DNA from: Scyliorhinus canicula
Taxonomy: Eukaryota
Length of the DNA: 55,306 nucleotides
Assembly (NCBI RefSeq): GCF_902713615.1
Contig: NW_024056013.1
Location: 631,467-686,772 of the forward strand
Direction of reading: 5' to 3'
In this document: positions 11,076-23,980 of the stretch, piece by piece
How the letters are laid out: each line of letters starts with the position of its first letter
Position numbering within the stretch: position 1 is the stretch's first letter
Program-made: the position numbers and the translations under genes
Notes under the pieces: model-generated
Databases searched by the model: none
Seen by the model: the letters and a program-made list of their open reading frames with translations, nothing else
Told to the model about the DNA's origin: nothing

Positions 11076-12060
11076 TCACAGAAAAATACAGTGCGGAAAA
11101 GACCATTCGGCCCATCGAGTCTGCACCGCCTCATGAAAGGCACTTCATCTACCAATCCTAATCCCATTTACCAGCACTTGGCCTATAGCCTTGAATGTTA
11201 AGACGTGTCAAGTGCTCATCCTGGTAGTTTTTAAAGGATGTCAGTCAACCCGCCTCTACCACCCCCCCCCCTCCCCATAGTGAGTTCCAGACGTCACCAC
11301 CCTCTGGGAAAAAGGTATTCCTCAAATCCCTTCTGAACCTCTCACCCCTCACCTTGAACACGTGTCCCCTCGAACCGACCCTTCAACTAAGGGAAACAGC
11401 TTTTCTCTATCTACCCGCTCCGTGCACGTCATAATCTAGTACACCTCGATAAGGTCACCCCTCAGCCTTCTCTGCTCCAGCGAAAACAACCCAAGCCTAA
11501 TCAACCTCTCTTCATAACTTAAATGTTCCATCCCAGGCATTCCATCCTGGTGAAACGCCTCTGCACCCGCCCCAGTGCTATCACAGCAAAGAACAAAAAA
11601 CAAAGAACAATACAGCACTGGAACAGGCACTTCGGCCCTCCAAGCCTGTGCCGCTCATGATACCACCATTGGCCAAAACCCTCAGGACTTCCTGTGCCGT
11701 ATCCGTCTATACCCATCCTATCCATGTATTTGTCAAGATGACTTTTGAACGGCGTTAACATATCTGATTCTACAACCTCCCCTGGCAACGCATTCCAGGC
11801 ACTCACCACCCACTGCATAGAAATCCTGCCTCGCACATCTCCTCAAAACCTTGCCCCACGGACCTTAAACCTATGCCCCCTGGTGGCTGACCCATCCACC
11901 CTGGGAAAGAGTGCCTGCCCATCCACTCTATCCGTGCCCCTCAGGTCACCACTCGACCTCCGTCTTTCTAATGTAAACAGTCCGAGTCTATTCAGCCTCT
12001 CCGCATGGCTAACACCCTCCAGACCAGGCACCATCCTGGTAAACATCCTTTGCACCCTCC
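11076..12060 (-). mobile_element. Nested CR1/HER1 LINE 3' fragments
   Basis: Two copies of [17 protein letters not shown] and RVVSAWNALP motifs, each with its own tail. Confidence 0.8.
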
Positions 12061-12201
12061 GGTACTTAAAGCGAGTGATTCCAAATAAACCTGTTCGACT
12101 TTAACCTGGCGTTGTAAGACTTCTTCACATAACATACATTATTGATAGCAAAATGCTAGTCATATTGATGTATCTGTAAACATTGGGGTTGTACATGTCA
12201 G

Positions 12202-12545
12202 ATGGAGCCATTAAGATTCAGTGAAGCAGTCGGTAGCAGAATTGATGGTTCAGGACTCAAGTAATGTGAACATCAGCTGCACCAAGAAAACAACAGATTC
12301 CAGTCCTTACGTGTTCATCTACAGTCAGGGTATGAACATTGTCCACAGCATGTGTTCTATCTCTAGTGAGGTACAGCAAAGTCGGGAACCCCGACTTTAC
12401 AGTGCGATTATTTCCCATGTTCGGTAATGCGAATAAACTACCGAGTAAATGATGAACACAATATCGATATCAGACTCCAGTGCCTATCTCTGTGCGATGG
12501 AGTCCCTCTATGCTGCAGGAATATAGCAGAGCCTGGACAAAAGTT
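12202..12545 (+). pseudogene. TRAV: Family-B-like V pseudogene
   Basis: DSVKQSVAELMVQDSSNVNISC..SDSSAYLCAMES; frameshifts, heptamer lost, nonamer ACAAAAGTT 12537-12545. Confidence 0.7.
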
Positions 12546-13309
12546 CACAGAAAGAGTTCCAGTAAGTCTCACAAATAGATACTCCCAAACTAATAAAACA
12601 AAATCAGTAATTCTCCCACCACTGTGAGGTTCACAGTGATTATTTTTTAACTGATGAAACACAATATTCAACAAGATCAGAAGAGGTCCACTCTATAAAT
12701 TAAACTTAGTTAATATATCTCAGTTAGAAAAATATAAACATTACCAACGCACCTCTGGGACTATAATTAAATTCTGCCTGTCCATATATTTTCCATGTCT
12801 GTTCCATCTCATCGCTTGTCTCCATTTTATAAACTCATCATCTTTTAACATTCCGTGTAATCTGTAAATTAGCGATGTCTTCTCCAAATATCAAGTCAGG
12901 GATGTTTAATCTGAACAGCCAATAACGAGCAACTGTCACACCTGATCATTGATGTACATATGACTCCAGAGATGCAGAAATCTCGTTGCCTCCCTGCTTC
13001 CCTCTGCAATAATCGAGCAAGCCATTCAGGTAAAGGGCTAATTAGAGATGGACAGGATGCTGGATTTCGGGGCGGACTACCTGCATTTGGACGTGATGGG
13101 CGGACATTTTGTGCCAAATATCAGCTTTGGTCATCCTGTGGTAGAATGTCTTCGTAAGGAACTTGGAAAAGAACTGTCCTTGCCATCAATTTCCAAATGA
13201 AGAATAAAAATTAAGCCATTTTAGTTCACAAAAAATTATATCTGATTTACAGGAGTTAAGAAGACAATATATATTTATAATTGGATGGGAATTCCTGACA
13301 AAGAATTAT

Positions 13310-14320
13310 AAAGACATGGAAACATCAAAAATAGGGGCAGGAGGAGTATATTCTACACTTCCACCCTGCTCCTCCAATCATTATGATCATGGCTCATTGC
13401 CCAATTCAGTAACCTGTTCCCCCCAATATCGTTTGATCCCTTTCGCCCCAGTGCCATATCTAACTGCTTCTTGAAAACATGTTTTGACCTCAGCTCCTTT
13501 ATGTGGTGAATAATTCCACAGGCTGACCACGCTCTGTGTGAAAAAAATTCCCATCATTTATGTCCTAAATGTTCTACCCCGTATCTGCAGACTGTGGCCC
13601 CTGGTTCTGGACTCCATCGAAAACATCCTTCTTGCATCTACCCTGTCTAGTCTTGTTCGGATTTTCTAGGCTTCTGTGATCCCCCACATTCTTCTGACTT
13701 CCTAAGAATACAGTCCGAGCCAACTCAATCCTTCCTCCTACATCAGACCCATCATCCCATGAATCAGTCTAGTACACGTTCTCTGCACTCCCTCTAGAGC
13801 AAGAACATCCTTTCTCAGAAAAATAAACCACAATTACATACAATATTGCAGGTGTGGCCTCACCAAGACCCTGTATAATTGCAAAAAGACATCCCTGCTC
13901 CAGCATTCCAATCTTCTCGCTATGAAGGTCGACGTACTATTTGCCTTCTTTACCGCATGATACACCTGCATGCTTACCTTCAGCGACTGGTGCACGAGGC
14001 CACCCAGGTCTCATTCCACATCCGCCTCTCCTAATTTAAGTCCATTCAGGTAATAATCTACTGTACCGTATTTGCTACCAAAGTGGTTAACCTCGCATTT
14101 ATCCACATTATACTGCTTCTGTCATTTATTTGCCAACTCACTCAACTTGTCCAAATCGCACTAAAGTATCTCTACATCCTCCTGACAGTTCACCCTTCTA
14201 CCCAGAATGTGCCATCTACAAATATGGAAATATCAAATTTCGTTCCCTTATCCAAATGATTAATATATATTGTGAATAGCTGAGATCCCTGCATCGACCC
14301 CTGCGGTACATATCTGCTAA
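13310..14320 (-). mobile_element. CR1/HER1 LINE fragment (RT C-terminal part and tail)
   Basis: Decayed CR1 ORF2 sequence ending in the CR1 tail near 13315. Confidence 0.7.
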
Positions 14321-14609
14321 CCAGGTATCTATCCATATCAAAACACTACCTCTAATCCCTTTTGTTTGATAATGATATCATGATTTAAAGAGGTGAACTA
14401 TGATCCGGCTTCATTCTCCATTAGGTGTTTGCTTTTCAGTTTAACGAATCCTCTACACGAGCAGGAATACAGATACCTGGTGAATATCTACAGTAACTCA
14501 CCAAGGTTCCTTCGTTGGCACTTTCCAAACCCAGCCACTGCCACCTAGAAGTACAAGAACAGCAGATACCTGGGAATACCACGATCTGGATGTTCACCCC
14601 ACCAAGTGG

Positions 14610-14957
14610 GGGCAGCATGGTAGCATTGTGGATAGCACAATCGCTTCACAGCTCCAGGGTCCCAAGTTTGATTCCGGCTTGGGTCACTGTCTGTGCGGAG
14701 TCTGCATATCCTCCACATATGTGCGTGGGTTTCCTCCGGGTGCTCCGGTTTCCTCCGACAGTCCAAAGATATGCAGGTAAGGTGGATTGGCCATGATAAA
14801 TTGCCCTTAGTGTCCAAAAGTGCCCTTAGTGTTGGGTGGGGATACTGGGTTATGGGGATAGGGTGGAGTTGTTGACCTTGGGTAGGGTGCTCTTTCCAAG
14901 AGCCGGTGCAGACTCGATGGGCTGAATGGCCTCCTTCTGCACTGTAAATTCTATGAT
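14610..14957 (+). mobile_element. Full-length HE1-type SINE inserted in a LINE 3' remnant (14440-15120)
   Basis: GGGGCAGCATGG..AAATTCTATG; LINE sequence continues on both sides. Confidence 0.85.
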
Positions 14958-16005
14958 AACTAAGTCACCCATCAGACTGATTTGGAAATATATCAGATGT
15001 TCCTTCACTGTCGTTGGCTCAAAATACTGGACATGCCACGCCCCCTATCAGCATTTGGGGTGTAGAAACACCTCAGGGACTGCAGGAGTTCAAGAAGACA
15101 GTCCAGCACCACCTTCTTAAAATGGCCTCTTTGTACGGCCACATCTGGAGTATTGTGAACAGTTTTGGTCTCCTTTTCTGAGGAAGGATGCTCTTGCTTT
15201 GTAGGGAGTGGCGCGACGGTTTACCAGACTGATTCCTGAGATGGTGGATCTGTCATATGCGGAGAGACGAAATCAGTCAAGATTATATTCATTGTAGTTT
15301 AGAAAAGTGAGTAGATCTCATAGAAAGTTACACATTTCTAACAGGATTAGACAGGGTCGATTCAGAAAGAACTTTCCCGATGGTGGTGGACTCCAGAACT
15401 CGGGGTCATCGTTTTGGGATATGAGGCAAACCTTTTAGGACTAATCTTGGTGAATCTGTGGAATTCGGTACCACAGAAAGTAGTTGGCAAAATATAGGTT
15501 AATTTCAAGAAGGAATTAGATATAGCTCTTAGAGATAATGGGGTCAAGGGTATTGGGGGAAGGCGGGATCAGGGTATTGAACCTGATGATCAGCCATGAT
15601 CATAATGAATGGCGGCACAGGCTCGTAAGGCCGAATGGTCTCTTGCTGTTTCTCTTATCTATGTATGCTTCTGTGGAACAGTATCTGCTTCATCACACAT
15701 CGGCATAAAATCAATTCTCAGTAAATGGAACGTCTCAGTTACATGGAAAATGATCACAGTTAAGTTTTTTGCACAGCAGTCACTGCACTCCCTAGTTCCT
15801 CACTCTGATACTGTGTCTTATGATCGTCAGTATCTCTGATCCAAGCGCCTATCTAATGGCAGTTGCAGAGCGAAACACCGCAGTGACATTCTCCGCGGTC
15901 ACCCTGCCCGCAGGTTCCGTTAGCTGTTCTCTATTGAACCTCCCGGCCTGTTCTGTGCTATTGGAGAGATTGCTGCAGCTATTCCGGAACAGTAACAAGC
16001 AGCGA

Positions 16006-16479
16006 GGTTTTTGTACAGTGAATGCCGGGATTTGTCTCAGTGTGCGGCTGAATCGCACAGTAATAAACAGCGCCATCAGCGTTCTCCGTGTTTTTAATGA
16101 GCAATTGTCCTCGTTTGTCGTCACTGTAAAGATTCAGTTTAAAACGACCGCTTCGGCCGTCGCTGGTCGATGTTTTCCTTATAATCCATTCCAGTCCCTG
16201 ACCGGGTTTCTGTTTGTACCAATGCATGGCGTAAAAGCTCGATACCTCATAGCTACAGTCTAGCAGCACGGAATACCCTCTCTGGACACTTTTCCAAGCA
16301 GGAGATTGAAGCACCCGGTCCGAGAAACATCCACCTGCGAAAAAAATAAGAACAAAACACTGGAACAACAGTAAAATAAAATAAACAAACGACATGGGTA
16401 AGGTGGTGCAACTCCTGTACCTACAGGTTAGCATCGTCAGAATAAAGGATAATATATTTAATTGTACAATGCTGTACAT
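16006..16479 (-). CDS. TRAV: Functional-looking TCR V, family D (leader 16479-16425, V 16334-16045, RSS 16044-16006)
   Basis: MYSIVQLNILSFILTMLT / CGCFSDRVLQ..LDC..MHWYKQKPGQGLEWI..GAVYYCAIQP; CACACTG-23-ACAAAAACC; TGATGTCA ~100 nt upstream. Confidence 0.9.
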
Positions 16480-17619
16480 CACTTCAATTAAAATGTCAAA
16501 TCTCGGTGAGAAAGCGGGACACAGATCAGATTTGAAGAGAATGAATGGAGTGGGGGAAGTGTTGCAATGCCGGCTAATTGATGTCAGTGACGCGCACTTA
16601 TTGTCTCAGTCACGTGCTTTCGCTGCGCTTGCGTTGCTTTGAACCGGATATTGACCTGATGGAGGAGGTGATTTATTGCTGTCCGCTGCTCTTTCACCGG
16701 GCGTTTCACATGTGAACATATCAGTTGTCTAAAGACCAGGATGTTCTTCTCCCTGTGGAGTGAAGAGAGGCGAACCGCATCCCTTTCTCAGCATCACTGA
16801 GTGAGGGAGAAATCTGATCGCCCGGAGCCGAACTCAGTCAAGCCCTTTCCAGACAGAGTGAATGAATGCTGGGGGAAAAGACAATAATTGACACGAGGAC
16901 AGCTCGATGAGCCATTCCCTTACTGCATGTATGGAACCTGCGGTATATGCTTCACAAAGCAGTCAGCAAATAGAGTAAAATCTGATTGACCCCTTTCTCA
17001 CAGGATGGATGAAAGCTGTGAAAAGCTCCTCTGTAAAAACGTCAACATATTCAAGAAAGAAGAGCAGCTATGTCCTGATTGGTTGTGTGGGATCTGCAGC
17101 AGTCACTGTATTGGTCCGGTCAGTTATTGTCTCACCCTATCTCACTGCTTATCAAACGCTTCAATGTCTGATGCATAGGTGTTCTCAATACTGTCATAAC
17201 GTCCTCTTCGGTCAACAGGTTGTGAACGACCGGTCACTGTTGTTATGCTAACATGATAAACTTAGGGCCCCCTTTTTGTTTAGTTGACTGTACGTGTGCA
17301 CGCATTCGGTACCGATGGTGTTTGCAATGTGGGATATCTCAATTGGGATAATTCTGATTGTAACTGTTTCTGTCACGTTTGAGTGTAATTTTATCTCATA
17401 TTTCCCCAGAGTCAGGTCACATTGCAATGCTGATTGTCTATTGAGACTGACACGCAATCCCGTGTCGCTATTTCTCAACTCACGACTCAATACAGTTATG
17501 TTTTCTGAAAATGTGCACTAAATTGTAATGTTCTGCGTAAGATTCATATTATTCAACACTCTCGCACCCGGAGTCAGTTTCGCCTCAGGGAAGTGTGAAG
17601 ATGGCCTCCTGTCGCGAAT

Positions 17620-17946
17620 GGCAGCGGGGTAGCACAGTGGTTAGCACAGTTGCTTCGCAGCGCCATATCCCAGGTTGGATTCCCGGCTTGGGTCACTGTC
17701 TGTGCGGAGTCTACACGTTCTCCCCATGTCTGAGTGGGTTTCCTCCGGGTGCTCCGGTTTCCTCCCACAGTCCAAAGATCTGTAGGTTAGCTGGATTGGC
17801 CATGATATATTGCCCTTAGTCTCTAAAAAGGTTATGGTGGAGTAACGGGTATAGGGTGGTTTGGGGCTTAAGTGGGGTGCTCTTTCCAAAGGTCGGTGCA
17901 GACTCGATGGTCCGAATGGCCTCCTTCTGCACTGTAAATTCTATGT
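17620..17946 (+). mobile_element. HE1-type SINE
   Basis: Head, body and AAATTCTATG tail. Confidence 0.85.
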
Positions 17947-18539
17947 CCTAAATTCGACATTAGGGTAGCGAATGGATTTTTATCCTGTGGGATTTGCATT
18001 GAAATCCAGACGATTGTGAAGGATTAATGTTCTTCGCAAACTGAGCAAGCTGCATTTTCCTCAGAAGGGGAAGGTCCGGAAATTCAGGTTCGGGCGGGGG
18101 GATGCGGAGTGCCGTTATATTGATTTCTCTCATATTGTAAGTCGCCATAGTTCCAGATGACCAGAGGCGGTATTCCTCTTTTTGGGGGAGAGTTGACTGC
18201 TGCTGATTTTACCTGAGAAAAGCGGGGCATTCCTGATAAACCTCAGCCACAACGGGAATTGAACCCAAGCTGCTGCCCTTATCCTGAATCACCAACCAAC
18301 TCTCCAGCAAACTGAGCTAAACTGGGCCTTACATTGTACAGTATTTACCATCAGCTAAATATGGAGAATCTCCAGTGGTTGACAAGGAAACACCAAAACC
18401 TCAATACGTCAGAGCACCAGCTGATTGCCATGGAGTATATATTGTTCTTTTAGTTTCATAGAATATCTGCTGCACAAGGATGCCATTCGGCAGACAGAGC
18501 CTGCACCACCGTCGGAAAGAGAACCTTACCGAGTCCCAC

Positions 18540-18988
18540 TCCACCACCCTCTCCAATATAGGGCAATTTAGCACGTTCAATCCACCAAACCTGCACATCT
18601 TTCTGACTGTGGGAAGAAACAAAAACAGTCGGAGGAAACCTACATATAGAACATAGAACAGTACAGCACAGGCCCTTCGGCCCTCAATGTTGTGCCGAGC
18701 CATGATCACCCTACTCAAACCCACATATTAACCCTATACCCGTAACCCAACAACTCCCCCCTTTACCTTACTTTTTTTTTAGGACACTACGGGCAATTTA
18801 GCATGGCCAATCCACCTAACCCGCACATCTTTGGACTGTGGGAGGAAACCGGAGCACCCGGAGGAAACCCACGAACACAGGGGGAGGGCGTGCAGACTCC
18901 GCACAGACAGTGACCCAGCCGGGAATCGAACCTGGGACCCTGGAGCTGTGAAGCATTTATGCTAACCACCATGCTACCCTGCTGCCCC
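18540..18988 (-). mobile_element. HE1-type SINE (18647-18988) plus adjacent partial copy
   Basis: GGGCAGCAGGGTAGC head, (TAGAACA)n tail. Confidence 0.85.
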
Positions 18989-20004
18989 ATATATACAGGG
19001 AGAACATGAAAACTACACACAGTCACCCAAGGGAGGAATTGAACCAGGTTCTCTGGTACATCCCAAAGCAAGGACTACGTGCTGAGGGATGCATTAAATA
19101 TTGAGGCACACGTCCGAGAAATGCAAACAGGGAGGTCGCTGCGTCAGGTCTCTCAGCTTTAATGGACCGACCCAAGTACACACTGCTTGGGCTATAGGAA
19201 TTACATTGAATGAATACGGTGAATATTAGACGTATTGCAATTGTACAATTATTTATTTAGTGATAGCCAAGTACCTAAACCAAACAGCTCATTTTGATCT
19301 TGCTATGTCGAGTGCGCATAGACCTACATTGAGTCTGTACATTGGACGTTCTTCTATCAAAGGCTCCAATATTGCATAGATTTGAAGCAACTCAGAGTTG
19401 AACCTGCTCTATTACACAATGAAATGCAATTGCACTTTTTGTAATGACCATTTTGAAATGACTGTAATGTTCGTTTGAATGTACAGAAGTACCTGAGAGT
19501 GCAACAACGAGCAGACTCCGCACAGACAGTGACCAAGTCGGGAATTGCATCCGAATGCCTGGAGTTGTGAAGCAATTGTGCTAACCAATGTGCTACCGTG
19601 CCGCCCATAATACACACACAAACTTTAAATACCAGGCACTAGCGTCTCGTCGGGATATCAATTGGAATGTAGTTTTTCAATGGATGCATCCTCCGAAAAA
19701 CGTACAGGCACTCCAACCATAACCATCAGAATATTCTTCGGTTGTAATCGTGCCTCATTCTTTCGAAAGAAAAGGCACTGGCAAAAAAAACGCATTTTCT
19801 GTGTGAAGAATGTTCAGGAAAAACAGTTTTGGTGTTAGGAACTAACAACAATTGTTAAAAGTCACTAACTTAATAAAATGGGAATTGGACATTAAAGTAG
19901 AGAAAATGCAATAGATTGTCGAAGATATAACAGAAGTAATAAAGAAATGGACATGCTGAATTAATAAACTATCTAATTATACTTACTCGGTAACATCCTT
20001 GTAG

Positions 20005-20279
20005 ATACCACAGATCACATCTGGATTGAAGACTATGGAGATGATAACAGCAACATCTGGACAACTGCTTCCACATTCATCACCCTGTTCTTCTTCAGCA
20101 TGTCCGACAGCGCTGCGATCACTTTGATGAAGGTGAGATGATTCAATCCACTTATAGTTAAGTCCAACAGAAGTTGTTCAAAAATATCCCAATGTTTCAT
20201 TCATTCCAAACGCTAAAATTAATTTCGCAGATCACAGACGTCTGTTTCATTATTTTATCCTCTTTTACAGATCAAGTGA
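20005..20279 (+). pseudogene. Orphan immunoglobulin heavy-chain transmembrane exons TM1 (20005-20132) and TM2 (20271-20279)
   Basis: AG|(D)TTDHIWIEDYGDDNSNIWTTASTFITLFFFSMSDSAAITLMK|GTGAG, then TTTTACAG|ATC AAG TGA (IK*). Matches the IgH CART motif WTTASTFI.LF..S..YS.A.TL.K|VK*. AATAAA at 20540-20545. Confidence 0.88.
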
Positions 20280-20852
20280 TGCACTGAATTGCGAATTGCA
20301 GACGCCGTAGATTTTCTTGACTTGTTTATTATGATTTCCGCATTCCGAACTATAAATTTGCACTCTTGATCATTCAAAAATTGAAATCTTTCAGTTTAAT
20401 ATTCCAAACTATAACTAGGCCATCATGGACAGCATTCCCGTTTTTCGATTTGTAATGTGAAGACGTTCATACTTAATGTGTACCAGGCAGCAAACAGAAT
20501 ACAGAAGCTCAATATAAATTGAAGGGAACAATATTGAATAATAAATTAGAAAAATTACTTATTTTTACTTTGATTGCAATCTACTGGAAAATTCGAAGCT
20601 ATAATTACATTGCCGGCACACTGTTGAGTGTGTTAATGTCTCTGCTTCTGGCAGCTCAGCACGCATAAACTCTGTTTTCATTGTGGCGCTCAATCATTAT
20701 ATTCACGATTGTTAACTTTAAAATAAGCGTTTCTGCAAACTGTGCACTCAAATTATTAATTAATCTTAAATGAAAATGAACTATGACTTTGATCAATTGC
20801 TTTTTCGAAGATCCATTAACCACGTTGCGTTTTATCCATTAAAAATCCACGT

Positions 20853-22235
20853 CACCCAGGGATCGTCTCTCCCTGCTCCATTCCCTCTGATACCATTGCC
20901 CTGAACTCACTGAACCCCAGGGATCCTCGCTCCTTGCTCGATTTCCTCTGATACCATCCCCCTGAACTCACTAAACATCACCCCAGGGTTCCTCTCTCCC
21001 GGCTCCATTCCCTCTGATACCATTGCCCTGAACTCACTGAACACCACCCCAGGGATCCTCCCTCCTTGCTTGATTTCCTCTGATACCATCCCCCTGAACT
21101 CACTGAACATCACCCCAGGGATCCTCTCTCCTTGCTCGATTTCCTCTGATACCATCCCCCTGAACTCACTGAACATCACCCCAGGGAACCTCTCTCCCTG
21201 CTCCGTTTCCTCTGATACCATCCCCCTTAACTCATTGAACATCACTCCACGGACCCTCTCTCCCTGCTCCATTCCCTCTGATAACATCCCCTTTAACTTA
21301 CTGAACATCACCCCAGGGATCCTCGCTTCCTGCTCCATTTCCTCTGATACCATAGAACATAGAACATAGAACAGTACAGCACAGAACAGGCCCTTTGGTC
21401 CTCGATGTTGTGCCGAGCAATGATCACCCTACTCAAACCCACGTATCCACCCTATACCCGTAACCGAACAACCCCCCCCCCCTTTAACCTTACTTTTTAG
21501 GACACTACGGGCAATTTAGCATGGCCAATACACCTAACCCGCACATCTTTGGACTGTGAGAGGAAACCGGAGCACCCGGAGGAAACCCACGCACACACGG
21601 GGAGGACGTGCAGACTCCGCACAGACAGTGACCCAGCCGGGAATCAAACCTGGGACCCTGGAGCTGTGACACATTTATGCTAACCACCATGCTACCGTGC
21701 TGCCCAGAAACCATCTCCCTTAACTCACTGAATATCACCCCAGGGATCCTCTCTCCCTGCTCCATTCCCTCTGATACCTTCCCCCTTAACTCACTGAACA
21801 TCACCCCAGGGATCCTCTCTCCTTGCTCGATTTCCTCTGATACCATCCCCCTGAACTCACTGAACATCACCTCAGGGATCATCTCTCCCTGCTCCATTCC
21901 CTCTGATACCACCCCCCTTAACTCACTGAACATCGCACCAAGGATCCTCGCTTCCTGCTCCATTTCCTCTGATGACATCCCCTTTAACTCATTGAACATC
22001 ACTCCAGGCATCCTCTCTCCCTGCTCCATTCCCTCTGATACCATTGTCCTTAACTCACTGAACATCACCCCAGGGATCCTCTCTCGTTGCTCCATTCCCT
22101 CTGTTACCATCGCCCTGAACTCAATGAACATCGCCCCAGGGATCCTTTCTCCCTGCTCCTTTCCCTTTGATATCATCCCCCTGAACTCACTAAACATTAA
22201 TCCCAGGGATTACCTGTCCCTGCTCCATTCCCCCT
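20853..22235. repeat. 66-bp minisatellite, ~15 units, split by an HE1 SINE (21354-21705, minus)
   Basis: Unit CCCTGCTCCATTCCCTCTGATACCATCCCCCTGAACTCACTGAACATCACCCCAGGGATCCTCTCT, read as a 22-aa repeat in the ORF track; SINE flanked by ACCAT. Confidence 0.93.
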
Positions 22236-22810
22236 TATTTCCGTACCTTTACTGGCCTTTAAGAAATTGGCCCTGATATTTGGGACAAAAACTGAGCCTA
22301 TTTGATGACATATTTGCTTTCTGGGTGTTTGTCTCTCCTTGGGCTCTATGGCTCTCAAATATTATGTCTTATGTGTCTGCCAAGGCGATTAGATCCCAAT
22401 TTATCTCAAATAAAATTTAATTCAAATCAGTTTTGTAGTTTCATATTCAAATCGTAGAAAGGATAAAGGTATAATTGATGTGCATAAACATTTCTTGCTT
22501 CATTTGTTTTTTAATACAGATTGATCACCAACGTGACATCCACATGGTGCAAAGTGAAGTGTGATATACATTTTCAGAAAGCAATGTTTATACAGACACC
22601 GAGTCGTCGTGCTTAAATTCTTAGCGTAATGGGACATCGAGAGAAATAATTTATAAATACTCCAAATTGAAACCCGCAGACATTAAAACTGTTTCTTCTG
22701 AGGCTGTATGTAACAGGAACAGTGAAATACAGGTTCAATCGCAAATGTACATGGATGGATAGTTTATCTGGTTAGCTCATGAATTTTAAACTCACCACTA
22801 TTCTTAGAAA

Positions 22811-23980
22811 TCCCTATGGAGGCTCCACTGGGTAGCAACCATCGGTTCATCCCGGGGAACAAGGATGGGGGATTTAGGGGGTGGCAAAGGCGGGCATCAG
22901 CAAATTGAGGGACATGTTTATTGGCGGGAGGTTTGCGGGCCTGGGGGAACTGGAAGATAAATTTGGCCTTTCCCAAGGGAACATGTTCAGATACTTGCAG
23001 GTAAAGGCGTTTGCTAGGCGACAGGTAGAGGGATTCCCTTTGCTGCCCTCGCAGGGGACGATGGACAGAGTGCTTTCGTGGGTGTGGGTCGGATAGGGGA
23101 AGGTGTCTGACATCTATATGGTAATGCAGGAGGTGGAGGAGTCGTCAGTGGAGGAGCTGAAGGCTAAATGGGAGGAGGAACTCGGGGAGCAGATAGAGGA
23201 CGGGACTTGGGCGGATGCCTTGGAGGGAGTCAACTCTTCCTCCTCATGTGCGAGGCTTAGCCTCATCCAATTTAAGGTGCTGCACCGGGCCCACATGTCT
23301 GGGACTAGGATGAGTAGGTTCTTTGGGGGTGAGGATAGGTGCACCAGGTGTTCGGGGAGTCCAGCGAACCACGCCCATATGTTCTGGGCATGCCCAGCAC
23401 TGGAAGAATTCTGGAAGGGGGTGGCGGGGACGGTGTCGAGGGTGGTTGGATCTAGGGTCAAACCAGGGTGGGGACTCGCGATTCTTGGAGTTGCGGTAGA
23501 GCCGGGAGTGCAGGAGGCGAAAGAGGCCGGTGTCCTGGCCTTTGCATCCCTAGTAGCCCGTCGAAGGATTCTGCTACAGTGGAAGGATGCAAGGCCCCCA
23601 AGTGTGGAGACCTGGATCAGTGACATGGCGGGATTTATAAAACTGGAAAGGGTCAAATTTGCCCTGAGAGGATCAATACAAGCGTTCTATAAACGATGGC
23701 AGCCTTTTCTGGACTTCCTGGGTCAAAGATAGATATCTTGGTCAATAGCAGCAGCAACGGGGGGGGGGGGGGGGGGGGGGGGGAGGGGTGTTCCTTATTG
23801 TAATGTCTATTCTGTAACTTTATATTGTGTTAATTTGCGTTGTTGTTAAAATGCTGTGTTGTTCATGGAGGTGGGGCCAATATTTATGATTGTTAATATT
23901 ATTGTTATTTTTGGTATTTTACTAAGGTGCTTTATTGTTGTCTAAATTCAAAATTTTTCAATAAAAATTATTTTAAAAAA
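22811..23980 (+). mobile_element. 5'-truncated L1/Tx1-clade LINE with poly-A and 5-bp TSD
   Basis: ORF2 C-terminus with QFKVLHR and C-x2-C..H..W.C zinc knuckle; AATAAA and A tail; AGAAA at 22806-22810 and 23981-23985. Confidence 0.88.

Noticed and set aside
12620-12638. CACTGTG-aggtt-CACAGTG resembling a germline signal joint
   Set aside because: No acceptable nonamer at 12 or 23 nt on either side; similar sequence occurs in the ordinary 3' flank of other family-B genes (6735-6755, 25375-25400).
15853-15920. Short Cys-rich frame (TCGQGDRGECHCGVSLCNCH) resembling an EGF/integrin repeat
   Set aside because: About 20 codons, no splice context or continuation; chance is likely.
17992-17999. Ig octamer ATTTGCAT upstream of the IgH TM remnant
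   Set aside because: One or two 8-mers are expected by chance in 55 kb; another lies in a LINE fragment near 5612; no linked VH leader.
20907-22276. 148-230 aa repetitive ORFs on both strands
   Set aside because: By-products of a 66-bp minisatellite running into SINE sequence.
23758-23787. Long poly-G/C tracts (also ~1356, 31855, 32905, 53020, 54410)
   Set aside because: They sit inside repeat families at variable homopolymer positions; lengths are unreliable in assemblies and no specific function is supported.
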